Below, piece by piece: positions 11,174 to 22,894 of a stretch of DNA of 64,000 nt. The DNA comes from Nitrospirota bacterium (GTDB lineage Bacteria > Nitrospirota > JACRHJ01). The notes under the pieces are model-generated. The model saw only the letters and a list, made by a program, of their open reading frames with translations. It searched no databases and had not been told where the DNA came from. The number at the start of each line of letters is the position of its first letter. The stretch's first letter is position 1. Made by a program: the position numbers and the translations under genes. Location: contig CAVTDB010000003.1 in NCBI GenBank assembly GCA_963733375.1, forward strand, positions 224,001 through 288,000. Direction: 5' to 3'.

Positions 11174-11206
11174 TAAAACAAGGGCTGGCAATGAATAGCC
11201 AGCCCT
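11174..11206 (-). terminator. hairpin terminator downstream of citrate synthase
   Basis: 9-bp stem AGGGCTGGC/GCCAGCCCT followed by TGTTTT on the minus strand. Confidence 0.55.
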
Positions 11207-11235
11207 CGTTTCAATTATTCCTCCGTAATCGCTCC

Positions 11236-12393
11236 TCATGCCGCCTTTTCCGCCTTTTTCCTGTCCGCGGGCGGCACGTATTTAAGCCCCCGTTCCCCTA
11301 TATATTCGGACGTGGGCCGGATGAGCCGGTTGTCCGAGAGCTGTTCTATGATATGGCTGCACCAGCCTGCCGAGCGCGCCATGGCGAATATCGGGGTATA
11401 GGTCTCAAGCGGCAGGCCCAGGAGATAATATACCGATGCGGTGAAATAATCGACATTCGGCAGCAGCCCCTTCTCCCGCTTGACTATCTCTTCCACCTTA
11501 AGTGAGATCTCGTGCCAGCGGCAGTAGTTCTCGAACTCGCATATCTCCTTGCTCGCTTCCCTTAGTATCGGAGCGCGGGTGTCGCCGTGTTTATATACCC
11601 TGTGCCCGAAGCCCATTATCCGCTGCTTCTTGGCGAGAGCGTCCATTATCCAGGCTTCCGCCTTCTCCACCGAGCCGATTTCCAGGAGCATCTTCATCAC
11701 CGCCTCGTTCGCGCCGCCATGCAGCGGGCCTTTCAGCGTCCCGACAGCGGAGGTTATGCCGGAATAGATATCAGAGAGCGTGGATACGGTCACCAGGGCG
11801 GCAAATGAAGACGCGTTGTACTCATGTTCGGCATATATGATCATCGAGGAATCGAAAATCCTGCCCGCGGGCCCGTCAGGCTCCTTGCCGTGCAGCATAT
11901 AAAGGAAGTTTTCGGCGACCGAGAGGTCGTCCCTGGGTTCTATCGGTTTTCTTTTGTGCGGGAGCCGATAGCCGAGCGCGACCAAAGTAGGCATGACGGC
12001 TATTATCCTGGCGGCTTTGCGCAGGTTGGCTTCCCTGGAGTTATCCCATGCGTCGGGGTCGTAAAGCGCCGCAAGCGATATCCCGGTACGCAGAAGGTCC
12101 ATGGTGTGGGATTTCGGGGGCACTCTCCTGTAGAGGTCTATAATCTCGTCGGGGACCTCCCGCTCCGATTTCAGCGTATCTGAAAACTCCTTCAGTTCGC
12201 CTTCCGTGGGAAGCTCCCCGTAAAGCAGAAGATATGCCGTCTCCTCGTATGTCGATTTGACCGCCAGTTCCCGGATGTCATATCCCCGGTAGGTAAGCGT
12301 CGCCCGCTCCGGGTCTATCTCGCATACACTCGTCTTCCCGGCGACTATCCCTTCAAGCCCCGGGCTATAGCATTTCTCCTTGTCCTCTTCCAT
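11236..12393 (-). CDS. citrate synthase / 2-methylcitrate synthase (short type)
   Basis: GLEG, YRGY, EHEYNAS, GPLHGGANE, MGFGHRVY and PNVD. Confidence 0.93.
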   Translation of the reverse strand: MEEDKEKCYSPGLEGIVAGKTSVCEIDPERATLTYRGYDIRELAVKSTYEETAYLLLYGELPTEGELKEFSDTLKSEREVPDEIIDLYRRVPPKSHTMDLLRTGISLAALYDPDAWDNSREANLRKAARIIAVMPTLVALGYRLPHKRKPIEPRDDLSVAENFLYMLHGKEPDGPAGRIFDSSMIIYAEHEYNASSFAALVTVSTLSDIYSGITSAVGTLKGPLHGGANEAVMKMLLEIGSVEKAEAWIMDALAKKQRIMGFGHRVYKHGDTRAPILREASKEICEFENYCRWHEISLKVEEIVKREKGLLPNVDYFTASVYYLLGLPLETYTPIFAMARSAGWCSHIIEQLSDNRLIRPTSEYIGERGLKYVPPADRKKAEKAA

Positions 12394-12633
12394 ATCCGCC
12401 TCCTTCTAAAAGTATAGCAAAAATAGCGGCATTAGAGGGATTTCGACCCGTAATTTGGGCCGCATAGAGTTTTCCGGGTCTGATACAGGTATTGCACCGC
12501 CATGACCGGAGGCGGCACGGGGCCTTTGGGGGCTTTTGGCTTGCTATAGTGAAATGAGTCGAGAAAGGAACTGCGGGAAGGTTATGGCAGAGTCCGAAGT
12601 GGGGAAGAGGTCTATTTTTACTTAATGCCGCGA

Positions 12634-13590
12634 TTAAACCGCCAGGTTTTCCAGGGTGAGTTCGGCGAGAAATTTTATAAATTCCGCGTCGTCGTCGAAA
12701 TTTTTTATCCTCGCATATTTCATCCCCAGCGACTCGGCCAGGGATTTTTGCAGGATGTCGCAGTCGTATAGGGTTTCGATATTCTCCGCCACGAAGCTTA
12801 TCGGCGCGAGCGCCACGCCCTTCACCCCTTCGGCTGCAATCTGCCGCAGTACCGCGTCCGTCTCCGGCTTCAGCCATTCCATACCGGCGCGGCCTTTGCT
12901 CTGGAAGCCGACCTGCGCGACTCTATCCCCAAGCTCCTCCTGGAGCATCGCCGCCGAATGCATTACGTTGTCCAGGTAAGGGTCGCCTTCGCGGATTAAG
13001 TCCTCCGGCAGGCTGTGGGCCGAAAGCACCGCCGCGACCTTCCCCGCCCCAGAAACCTTCGAGAGCGCCGCCAATGTCCTGTCCGCCAGCAGCCTGATAA
13101 ACCTCGGGTCCGCGCCGAACCCTTCATGGAAAACCATCTCCGGCGGGTCCATGTCCTTTTCCATCAGTTTTTTTAAAATGTCGAAGCTGGAGCCTGTTAT
13201 CGCGGGCGAGAAGTGCGGGTACAGGGGCAGGGCGAGCAATTTTTTTACGCCGTCTTTCTTTATCTCCCGGTAAGCGTCCTGGACGGAAGGTTGCGTGTAC
13301 CTGTTGGAGTGATAGACGGATATATTTTGCCCTTTTAATAACTCCCGGAGCGCATCCGCCTGTCTCCGTGTAATCGCGTCCATGGGAGAGCCGCCGCCGA
13401 TTGCCTGGTATTTCTCCCTCACCGGCTCTTTTTTCATGATGGAGATATATGCCGCGAGGAAAGGACGGAGCGGCCCTGGCACACCACGCAGGATCAGCGG
13501 GTCCATGAAGAGCTTCATCAGATAAGGGAAAACCCCGCCTAAAGTGGCGGGGTCTCCCATAGTGATAAGCAGTACGCCTTTTTTATCCAT
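12634..13590 (-). CDS. hemH: ferrochelatase (possibly coproporphyrin III type)
   Basis: IGGGSP, LPLYPHFS, SAHSLP, GDPY, WLKP and FVAENIETL. Confidence 0.93.
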   Translation of the reverse strand: MDKKGVLLITMGDPATLGGVFPYLMKLFMDPLILRGVPGPLRPFLAAYISIMKKEPVREKYQAIGGGSPMDAITRRQADALRELLKGQNISVYHSNRYTQPSVQDAYREIKKDGVKKLLALPLYPHFSPAITGSSFDILKKLMEKDMDPPEMVFHEGFGADPRFIRLLADRTLAALSKVSGAGKVAAVLSAHSLPEDLIREGDPYLDNVMHSAAMLQEELGDRVAQVGFQSKGRAGMEWLKPETDAVLRQIAAEGVKGVALAPISFVAENIETLYDCDILQKSLAESLGMKYARIKNFDDDAEFIKFLAELTLENLAV

Positions 13591-13596
13591 TTTTTT

Positions 13597-13706
13597 AAAA
13601 TTCTTACTTTTCTTTCAGGTGAAAGAAAAGTAACAAAAGAAAGCCGGATGTGAAAATAAGTTTAAAAGTTTTTGGTGTTACCTTTTTACAAAAAGGTAAC
13701 GGTTTT
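13597..13706 (+). repeat. REPIN-like double-hairpin element, copy 2
   Basis: TTACTTTTCTTTC/GAAAGAAAAGTAA plus AAAAGTTTTTGGT-GTTACCTTTTT/AAAAAGGTAAC-GGTTTT; overlaps the hemE stop. Confidence 0.9.
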
Positions 13707-14755
13707 AGCTTTTTACCCTGTGCGATTCCCCGTGTTTATGCACGAAATCCACGAGCGCCTTCACGTGGTCCGGCGGGGTCTCCGGGACGATTCCATGCCC
13801 GAGGTTGAATATATGCCCCGTATCGCCCGCGGCGGCCAGAATTTCCTTCACCCGCTTCTCTATCTCCGGTATCGGCGCGAGCAGGAATATCGGGTCCATG
13901 TTCCCCTGGACGGCCTTTGGCGCCCACCTGCCTCCTGGCCTCGGCGATATCGATGCGCCAGTCTATGCCTATCACCTCGCCGCCCGCCTGGGCGACCAGC
14001 GGCAGGAAGCCCTGGCTGTTCCCGACGAAATTGATTACGGGCACCTTTTCGCCTTCGGGCGATTTTTTTATGCCCTCGATAATCCGCCTGGTGTACGGCA
14101 GGACGTAGTTCAGATAATCCGCCGGAGACAGCACGCCGCCCCAGGTATCGAATATCTGTATCGCCTGAGCGCCGGCATCCACCTGCATGTTCAGGTACCT
14201 GATTACCGTCTCCGTCAGCTTCTCCATCAGGGAGCGAAAAATCTTCGGTTCCCGCCACATCATTTTTTTGAGGTTCTGAAAGCTCTTGCTCCCGCCGCCT
14301 TCCACCATATAGCTGGCAAGCGTAAAAGGCGCGCCCGCGAAGCCTATGAGCGGCACATTGCGGGACTCCAGCTCGCGCCGGAGTAGTTGAATCGTCTCCG
14401 CGACGAACGGGACGTCCGCTTCCGGTTCTATTACCCGGAGCGCGTCCACGTCGGCCTGCGTGCGAACAGGTTTCTCGAATACCGGGGCCGGGTTGAAGTC
14501 CAGCTTCAGGCCCATCGGCTCGATGGGGACCAGGATGTCGGAGAATACAATCGCCGCGTCCAGGCCGAACTTGTCAATCGGCTGGAGCGTCACCTCGGTG
14601 CATAACTCAGGCGACTTGCAGAGCGTAAGGAAATCCACCTTCGCCCTGACCGCCCGGTACTCTTCCATGAACCGCCCCGCCTGGCGCATGAGCCAGATGG
14701 GCGTCCTGTCAACGGGCTGGGAAAAGCAGGCTTTAATAAATCGGTAATCGGACAT
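13705..14755 (-). CDS. hemE: uroporphyrinogen decarboxylase (frameshifted near the C-terminus)
   Basis: PIWLMRQAGR, AAIVFSDIL, GFAGAPFTLASY, QIFDTW and IFNLGHGI. Start taken at ATG 14755. Confidence 0.96.
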
Positions 14756-14777
14756 GAACGTCTCCAGGATTAAAGTC

Positions 14778-14811
14778 CCACTTTCTTTTAAAAAAGAAAG
14801 CGCCAAAAAAA
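14778..14811 (-). repeat. degenerate single hairpin of the same REP family
   Basis: Minus strand TTTTTTGGCG-CTTTCTTTT-TT-AAAAGAAAG matches the TTTTTGGCG plus stem pattern. Confidence 0.5.
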
Positions 14812-15192
14812 TTGCTATTACTACCAAAAATACTTGCAATAGACATTTGTATTAAATACCTTTATCCAGCCTCTTTTAGGACGAAAGGTCCAGATATCTC
14901 GAAGACTAATTTCCATTATCACGGAAAGCGGAATAATAAATGTGTTAGGTAATATTATGAATATTAACCATCCCCTAATACGATTGACAAAAAAAGCAAC
15001 AATCGAACTGGCAATAGAGATGACGAAATTTATTTAATTGTCGGGTCTTTATCCATGACTTCGACAAGAGCATTTACAGGATACAATAATGAACCGATAA
15101 AAAATGCCATTATTCCGAGCAATGATAACTTCTTTGGAAATCGCCCTTCTGCCTATTTCAAATAATGCATGTCAGAAAAGACAATATCCATT

Positions 15193-16281
15193 TTATTTCT
15201 TCCCCGCCTTGTCCTTCTGCATCCTCACCGGCGTATAGTTGCAGAACGGCTCCTCTTCGAGGTAATCGCCGTAGACCGCGTCGGCTCTCGCGCGGCATCC
15301 GCCGCAGACGTTCACGTACTCGCAGACGCCGCATTTGCCCTTGTATTTTTTGAAGTCCCGGAGGTCGTGGAACAGAGGCGCGTTCTCCCATATATCCTTG
15401 AACGGCGTCTTCTTCACGTTGCCCGCGGAGTGCGGGAAGTAGCTGCACGGGAATACCTCGCCCTCGGCTGTGATGAGGCATATCACCTGCCCCGCGAGGC
15501 ACCCCTTCGAGCCGCCCGTGGAGAATTTCAGCGTCCGCCTCTCCAGTTTGTCGCCTTCTTCGGCAAGCTTGTTCATCTGGGGCACGATGCGGTAATAATG
15601 CGGCGCGCATGTCGGGCGCATGAGCATATCAGACTCATTTTTTTCGGTCTCGTAATGCCATTTGAGCAGGTCTTCGTAGTCTTCCTTGGAGATAAGTTCG
15701 GACATTATATCCTCGCCCCGGCCGGTCGGCACGATCATGAACATATACCATGCCTTCGCGCCAAGCTTCTTGGCGAGCTTCATAACTTCCGGTATCTCAG
15801 CCTGGTTCCTTTTCGTGAAGGATGAGTTTATCAGGAACTCGATGCCGTGCTTGTTGAAAAGCGCGGCGGCGCGCACCACGCCCTCGAACGCCCCCGGCTG
15901 GCCGCGGAAGTTGTCGTGGACGGCGGCATTAGACCCGTCCAGACTCATAGAGACCATTTTGATTTTGGCCTCCTTCATCTTCTCGCAGACTTCGTCCGTG
16001 ACCAGGAAGCCGTTCGTGGCGATGCACATCCGAAGGCCAAGTGACGTCCCATACGAGGCTATCTCGAACAGGTCCTTGCGCAGCAGCGGCTCGCCGCCGG
16101 AGAGCACTATGACGGGGGTGGAGAACGAGGCTATATCGTCAAGGAGTTTTTTGGCTTCATCGGTATTAAATGCCGTATCGAATGAATTGCTGGTGGAGGC
16201 GGAGCGGCAGTGGACACAGTTGAGGTTGCATCGGCGGGTTACTTCCCAGGCTATCCACTTGGGGACAAAATCCATGTTCAT
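15193..16281 (-). CDS. radical SAM/SPASM haem-biosynthesis protein (AhbD/NirJ family)
   Basis: [30 protein letters not shown] and SPASM cysteines ([24 protein letters not shown]). Confidence 0.85.
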   Translation of the reverse strand: MNMDFVPKWIAWEVTRRCNLNCVHCRSASTSNSFDTAFNTDEAKKLLDDIASFSTPVIVLSGGEPLLRKDLFEIASYGTSLGLRMCIATNGFLVTDEVCEKMKEAKIKMVSMSLDGSNAAVHDNFRGQPGAFEGVVRAAALFNKHGIEFLINSSFTKRNQAEIPEVMKLAKKLGAKAWYMFMIVPTGRGEDIMSELISKEDYEDLLKWHYETEKNESDMLMRPTCAPHYYRIVPQMNKLAEEGDKLERRTLKFSTGGSKGCLAGQVICLITAEGEVFPCSYFPHSAGNVKKTPFKDIWENAPLFHDLRDFKKYKGKCGVCEYVNVCGGCRARADAVYGDYLEEEPFCNYTPVRMQKDKAGKK

Positions 16282-16371
16282 CTTTTTACACTCCCAGTAT
16301 GAAAAACTCTTGCAAATGCGTGAGCTTAATATAGCACAGGCGGCTTACCGAAAGCAACCTGAAAGAACATA

Positions 16372-16475
16372 GTTACTTTCTTTTCGAGAAAAGAAAGTAA
16401 CACAAAGAAAAGCGAAACTGTCCGGCTTTCTTTTGGGTACCTTTTCCTTTCACCTGAAAGAAAAGGTACGGTTTT
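16372..16475 (+). repeat. REPIN-like double-hairpin element, copy 3 (two long-type hairpins in inverted orientation)
   Basis: GTTACTTTCTTTTC/GAAAAGAAAGTAAC plus CTTTCTTTTGG-GTACCTTTTC..GAAAAGGTAC-GGTTTT. Confidence 0.85.
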
Positions 16476-16529
16476 CTGCTATACTTTTAAGAATAGGGGT
16501 ATAGTATTTATAAATTCGGAGGGGTTATC

Positions 16530-18625
16530 TTGAAAAAAATGGGCAAAGACGCGCTTTGCATTAATACCATACGTTTCCTGGCGGTGGACGCCGTCCAGAA
16601 TGCCGATTCCGGACATCCCGGCATGCCCATGGGCATGGCCCCCACGGCATATCTCCTGTGGACGAAGTTATTGAAATATAACCCGAAGAACCCCCGCTGG
16701 CCGGACCGGGACCGTTTCGTCCTCTCGGCCGGGCATGGGTCCATGCTCCTTTACTCGATGCTCTTTTTAACGGGATACGACTTAAGTCTCGACGACATAA
16801 AAAGTTTCCGCAAATGGGGGAGCCGCACGCCCGGCCACCCTGAATACGGGGTTACTCCCGGCGTCGAGTGCACGACCGGGCCCCTTGGCCAGGGGTTTGC
16901 GAACGGGGTCGGCATGGCCATCGCCGAGCGGTATCTGGCGGCCAAGTTTAACCGGCCCGGCCATGAGATAGTGGACCATTACACGTTCGTCATCTGCAGC
17001 GACGGGGACATGATGGAAGGCATATCTTCCGAGGCGGCGTCCCTGGCAGGGCACCTGGGCCTTGGAAAGCTCATTTATATATACGATAACAACCACGTCA
17101 CCCTTTCCGCGGACACGAAACTCTCGTTTACCGAAGACGTGAACAGACGCTTCGACGCCTACGGCTGGCATACCCAGAGCGTGGAGGACGGAAACGACCT
17201 GGACGCCATATTAAAGGCCGTAACGGCGGCGAAGGAAGATATAAAAAGGCCGTCTCTCATTTCCGTCCGGACACACCTGGGCTACGGGAGCCCCAACAAG
17301 CAGGACAGCTTCGAGGCGCACGGCTCGCCGCTGGGCGTCGAGGAGGTGCGCCTCACGAAGGATAATCTCGGATGGCCTCCGGACGAGGTATTCTACGTGC
17401 CGGACCAGGCGCTTAAGGTTTTCCGGGAGGCCGGAGAGAAGGGCCCGGGACGGGAAGAGGAATGGACGGAGCTTATGCGCTCTTACGGCAAAAAATATCC
17501 GGAACTCCTGACCGAGTGGGAGCTGATGACCGGGCCGAAGCTCCCGGAAGGCTGGGACCGGGACATCCCGGTGTTCGCTCCGGACGCCAAAGGGATGGCT
17601 ACCCGTTCCGCCGGAGGCAAGGTGCTGAACGCCCTGGCGGAGAAAATCCCGTCGCTTATCGGCGGTTCCGCAGACCTGGACCCGTCCACGAAGACGGCGA
17701 TGGAGGGGCGGGGGGATTTCCAGCACAACGGTAATGGCGACGAGGGCATCCAGGGGGCGGTGGCGGGCCACTGGGGCTACGGCGGGGCAAATATCGCATA
17801 CGGTGTACGAGAACACGCAATGGGGGCTATCAGCACCGGGATGTCCCTGCACGGCGGACTTATCCCGTTCACTGCCACGTTCTTCGTCTTTTCCGACTAC
17901 ATGCGCCCCGCAATCCGTCTGGCCGCGCTCAGTTCGGCCAAGGTCATATACGTCTTCACCCATGACTCCGATCGCGTTGGGCGAGGACGGCCCTACGCAC
18001 CAGCCGTCGAGCAGTTGGCGTCGCTGCGGGCGATGCCGGGGATACGGGTGATCCGTCCGGCGGACGCCAACGAGACGGCCGAGGCGTGGAGGTCGGCTAT
18101 TATGGAGAAGGAAGGGCCGGTCGCCCTGGTGCTCACAAGGCAGAACGTCCCGGTAATCGACCAGGTAAAAATATTCTCTCGCGTCGGGCCTTCACATGGG
18201 TGCATACATCCTTGCGGACGCGCCGAAGGGGCGGCCGGAGCTTGTAATCATCGCCACCGGCTCGGAGGTCCACCTGGCGCTGGAGGCGTACGAGAAGCTT
18301 ATCAAGGAAGGCGCGGCGGTCCGGGTGGTAAGCATGCCTTGCTGGGAGAGTTTCGAGAGGCAGTCGGCGGAGTACCGTGACAAGGTGTTGCCCCCCGGCA
18401 CGGCAAGGGTAACCGTGGAGGCCGCGTCAACTTTCGGCTGGGAAAGATACGCCGGGCATGGAAGGGATATCCATCGGTATAGACCGTTTCGGGGCTTCCG
18501 CCAAGGGAAGCGTCAACCTTGAGAAATTCGGTTTCACCGCGGAGAATATTATAGAGAAGAGCAGGAAACTTCTAAGCCAGGGCGAAGGGGGACGAAAACA
18601 AAAGGCCGCGGGGAAATTATCATAA
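16530..18625 (+). CDS. tkt: transketolase (C-terminal frameshifts)
   Basis: [32 protein letters not shown] and IATGSEV; the last frame ends FGFTAENI...*. Confidence 0.96.
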
Positions 18626-18637
18626 AGGAGACTTAAC

Positions 18638-19784
18638 ATGGCAGGCAATCCTTTATTGGAACTGAACCAGGCCGGGCAGAGCGTCTGGCTGGATTTTCTA
18701 AGCCGCGACATAATCCGCTCCGGTGAACTGAAAAGGCTCATTGCAGGAAGACGGCGTCTGCGGCGTCACTTCCAACCCTACCATATTCCAGGGTGCGATA
18801 GAGGGAAGCGACATCTACGACACGCAGATAAAGGACCTGGTGGAACGCGGGGTCACGGAGCCGAAAAGAATATACGAGGCGCTCACTACGGAGGATATCC
18901 GGGAGGCCGCCGATATCCTTAAGGAGGCCTATGACAAGTCCGGCGGGCAGGACGGGTTCGTCAGCATCGAAGTCTCGCCTGAGCTGGCCCGGGACGCGCA
19001 GGGCTCTATAAGTGAGGCGAAGCGGCTTTTCGCCGAGATAGGCAGGAAAAATATTTTTATAAAGATACCCGGCGTGCCCGAGGGCGCGGAAGCTATCGAG
19101 GCGCTGATTGAGGACGGGATCAACGTAAACGTGACGCTCCTTTTTTCCGTGCAGAGGTACGAGGCGGTGGCGGCCGCCTACCTTAAGGGGATAGAGAAAA
19201 GGATAAGCGCCGGGAAGCCGGTCTCGGAGATCCGCTCCGTCGCAAGCTTCTTCGTCAGCCGGGTGGATACCCTCTTCGACATGATGCTGAACGAGAAGCT
19301 CCCGGCGGCCGGCACCGAGATCGAGGAGCGCAGGATAATGAACCTGTACGGGAAGGTCGGCGTAGCGAACTGCAAGCTCGCGTATCAGAAGTACAAGGAG
19401 CTTTTCTTGAGCACGAACTTCAGGCTTATCCGGGAAAAGGGCGCAAACGACCAGAGGCTCCTGTGGGCTTCGACCGGGACGAAGAACCCGAAATACAGCG
19501 ACATCAAATATGTCGAAGAGCTTATCGCGCCCGATACCGTAAATACCATGCCGCTAAAAACCATGACGGCGTTCAAGGACCACGGCAAGGTCAAAGTGGC
19601 GATAGAGCAGGACATACAGGACGCGCGCGACGTGTTTGAAAAGCTTGCATCTATCGGCATTAACCTGGAACAGGCGACGGTGCAGCTTGAGGAAGAGGGA
19701 GTAAAAAAATTCAGCGATTCCTATAACGACGTGCTCGGCGCGATTGCCAAGAAAGTAGAGGGCATTAAGACGAAAGCCGCATAA
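18638..19784 (+). CDS. tal: transaldolase (long type, frameshift near 18740)
   Basis: GQSVWLD, GVTSNPTIF, IKIP, NVTLLFS, SVASFFVSRVD and LWASTGTK. Confidence 0.95.
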
Positions 19785-19786
19785 GC

Positions 19787-19885
19787 AAAACCGTTCTTTT
19801 CTTTCACGGGAAAGAAAAGAACCAAAAGAAAGCGGGTCTAAACGGCCCAAAAGTTTTTGGCGCTACCTTTTTCCAAAAAGGTAGC
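19787..19885 (+). repeat. REPIN-like double-hairpin element, copy 4
   Basis: GTTCTTTTCTTTC/GAAAGAAAAGAAC plus TTTTTGGC-GCTACCTTTTT/AAAAAGGTAGC. Confidence 0.92.
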
Positions 19886-19906
19886 AGATTTCAAGGGGGA
19901 ACAAGA

Positions 19907-20818
19907 ATGCAGATTGGGATGATCGGCCTGGGCAAGATGGGCGCGAACATGACCCGCAGGCTTCTACAGGGCGGTCATGCGGCGGTGGTTTTCGACCTCT
20001 CGCCTGAAAATGTAGAGGCCCTTGCAGGTGAAGGGGCGGAGCCGTCTTCCTCGCTGGAAGATTTGGTCGGCAAACTTGCCCCGCCGCGCGCGGTATGGAT
20101 CATGCTCCCCGCCGGAAAACCGGTCGACGACACCATTAATTCGCTTAAAGGGCTCCTGTCGAAGGATGACGTAATCATCGAGGGGGGTAACAGCTTCTAT
20201 AAAGATTCACTCCGGCAGGAAGCCTTCGTCAAAGACGCCGGCATCGGCTTCCTGGACGCCGGAGTGTCGAGCGGCATCTGGGGTCTTGAGAAGGGATACT
20301 GCCTGATGATAGGCGGGGAAAAAAATTTATTCGACCGGCTGACGCCGATATTCGAAACTCTCGCCCCGAAGGACGGGTTCATGCACTGCGGGCCGACGGG
20401 CGCGGGTCATTTCATAAAGATGGTGCATAACGGGATAGAGTACGCGCTTATGGCCGCATACGGCGAGGGTTTCGAGCTGGTGAAAAAATCCCCGTACGGA
20501 GATATAAATTTCGAAAGGCTGGCAAGCCTGTGGAACCACGGGAGCATCATACAGTCATGGCTTCTGGAGTTCGCGGAGATGGCGTTCAAAAAACACGGCG
20601 ACCTGTCTGACATAGAAGGGTACGTCGCGGACTCCGGCGAAGGCAGATGGACGGTGCAGCAGGCCGTGGATTTCGCGGTGCACGCGCCGCTTATCTCCGG
20701 CGCCCTCTTCCAGAGGTTCCGCTCCCGCGAGAAGGAATGTTTCGCGGACAGGCTGCTTGCGGCGCTGCGGGACGAGTTCGGAGGCCACGGCTTCAAAAAA
20801 AGCGGGTCCTCTACATGA
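19907..20818 (+). CDS. gnd: decarboxylating 6-phosphogluconate dehydrogenase (short GntZ/YqeC type)
   Basis: IGLGKMG, GAGHFIKMVHNGIEY, DSGEGRWT and LRDEFGGH. Confidence 0.95.
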   Translation: MQIGMIGLGKMGANMTRRLLQGGHAAVVFDLSPENVEALAGEGAEPSSSLEDLVGKLAPPRAVWIMLPAGKPVDDTINSLKGLLSKDDVIIEGGNSFYKDSLRQEAFVKDAGIGFLDAGVSSGIWGLEKGYCLMIGGEKNLFDRLTPIFETLAPKDGFMHCGPTGAGHFIKMVHNGIEYALMAAYGEGFELVKKSPYGDINFERLASLWNHGSIIQSWLLEFAEMAFKKHGDLSDIEGYVADSGEGRWTVQQAVDFAVHAPLISGALFQRFRSREKECFADRLLAALRDEFGGHGFKKSGSST

Positions 20819-21261
20819 AAATAGGAATCTGCGCCGACCACGGCGGCTTCGACCTGAAGGAAAAGCTGAAGACATACCTGGCCGGGCCTGGCCGCGAGGT
20901 GAAGGATTTCGGCGCTAAAATCCTTAAACCGGACGACGACTTCCCGGACTTCGTCGTGCCGCTCGCGCGCGCGGTGGCTTCGGGCGAGGTAGAAAAGGGC
21001 ATTGCCGTATGCGGGAGCGGGGTAGGCGCGGCGGTCGCGGCGAATAAAGTGCCCGGCGCACGCGCGGCCCTTATCACCGACGCGTTCTCCGCGCACCAGG
21101 GAGTCGAGGACGACGACATGAACATAATCTGCCTGGGCGGCAGGGTCACAGGGTATGAGCTGGCAAGGGACCTGGTTGATATCTTCCTGAACGCGAAATT
21201 CGCGGGCGAAGAACGATTCCTGCGCAGGCTTTCCAAAATAGCGCGGCTGGAGAAGCGATGA
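20815..21261 (+). CDS. rpiB: ribose-5-phosphate isomerase B
   Basis: ADHGG, CGSGVG, ANKVPGARA and NIICLGGR; ATG 20815 overlaps the gnd stop. Confidence 0.93.
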   Translation: MKIGICADHGGFDLKEKLKTYLAGPGREVKDFGAKILKPDDDFPDFVVPLARAVASGEVEKGIAVCGSGVGAAVAANKVPGARAALITDAFSAHQGVEDDDMNIICLGGRVTGYELARDLVDIFLNAKFAGEERFLRRLSKIARLEKR

Positions 21262-22894
21262 GCGAGACAGATAAGCCGCCGGAGGGGACAGGCAGTATGC
21301 AGGGTGGAACCCCGCCCGAAGGACACCTGCAAGATTGAGAAGCCCGCCCCGGCGTGCATCGTCATCTTCGGCGCGACCGGCGACCTCTCCACAAGAAAGC
21401 TCGTGCCGTCGCTCTACCGGCTCTTCGCCGACGGACTTCTGCCGGACGAGTTCCTTATACTCGGCGTTTCCCGGACAGAGATGGACGACGACGCCTTCCG
21501 GAAAATAATGGAAGAAGCGGTCGGCCGCTCCCTGCCGGAAAAATTCTCTCCCGAGGCCTGGGACGAAATTCTCCGGCAGGCTCTTCTATGAAACCGTCGC
21601 GGACGTGAATTCCGAAGAGTCCTTCAGGCAGCTCCCCTCGCGTCTTGGGCCGCTTGAGAAGAAGTTCGGCACCTGCGGCAACCGCATATTCTACATGGCG
21701 ATCCCGCCGTCGGTCTATGAGACCGTGATACGCCACCTCGGGACCAGCGGCCTGTCTTCGGAGGAAAACGGCTACTCCCGCATAGTGGTGGAAAAGCCTT
21801 TCGGTTACGACATCAGCTCTTCCAGGCATTTAAACAGCGTCATAACGGAGTCGTTCACCGAGGCCCAGACCTTCCGGATGGACCATTACCTCGCGAAGGA
21901 GAACGTCCAGAACATCCTGATGTTCCGGTTCGCGAACTCGATATTCGAGCCGCTGTGGAACCGCAGGTACATAGACCATGTCGAGATCACCATCTCCGAG
22001 ACCCTGGGGGTGGAGCACAGGGCCGATTACTACGAGGGCGCGGGGGTGCTCCGGGATATGTTCCAGAACCACATCCTGCAACTCCTTTCCCTGACGGCGA
22101 TGGAGCCTCCGGCCATCTTCACGGCCGACAGGGTGCGCGAGGAAAAGGCGAAGGTGTTAAGGTCTATCCGGCCCATACCGCTCGACAAGCTCGACGAGTA
22201 CGTCGCCCTGGGGCAGTACGGGGCGGGGACGGTGGAAGGGAAAGAAGTCCCGGCTTACAAAGACGAGCCGGGCGTGGATAAGAAATCAAAGACGGCGACA
22301 TACGGCGCCATGAAACTCTACATAGACAACTGGCGCTGGAGCGGCGTGCCTTTTTACATGCGCTCCGGGAAAAGGCTCTCGGCTTCGAAAGCGGAGATAG
22401 CCATAACATATAAGACGGTCCCGCATCTGATGTTCTCCCACCTCCTGCCGGACAGGATAGACCCGAGCAACCTTGTGCTGCGGGTCCAGCCGGACGAGGG
22501 CATAAGCCTCCAGTTCCAGACCAAGATGCCGGAATCGCGCGCCTGCCTTCAGCCGGTGCTGATGGACTTCACATATGAGAAAATCTACCTGCTGGACGCA
22601 TACGAGAGGGTGCTCCTGGACACCATGACGGGCGACCAGATGCTCTTTGTAAGCGGGGAGATAGAGGAGCTGACCTGGGGACTTCTCACCCCGGTGATAG
22701 AGCGGCTGGACGGGATGAAAGGGAGGTTGAACTTCCCGAACTACGCCGCCGGTTCAAGCGGGCCGAAAGAGGCCGAGGAACTGATGTCGCGGGACGGGCG
22801 GCAGTGGCGCGGGCTCGTAAGATTATCATCCCACTGCTATCCTGTCTTCCGAGCCGTGATGCAGGCCCACCATCAGGGTCAAATGCTCTCTTAA
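21258..22894 (+). CDS. zwf: glucose-6-phosphate dehydrogenase (frameshifted)
   Basis: [35 protein letters not shown] and AYERVL. Confidence 0.95.
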
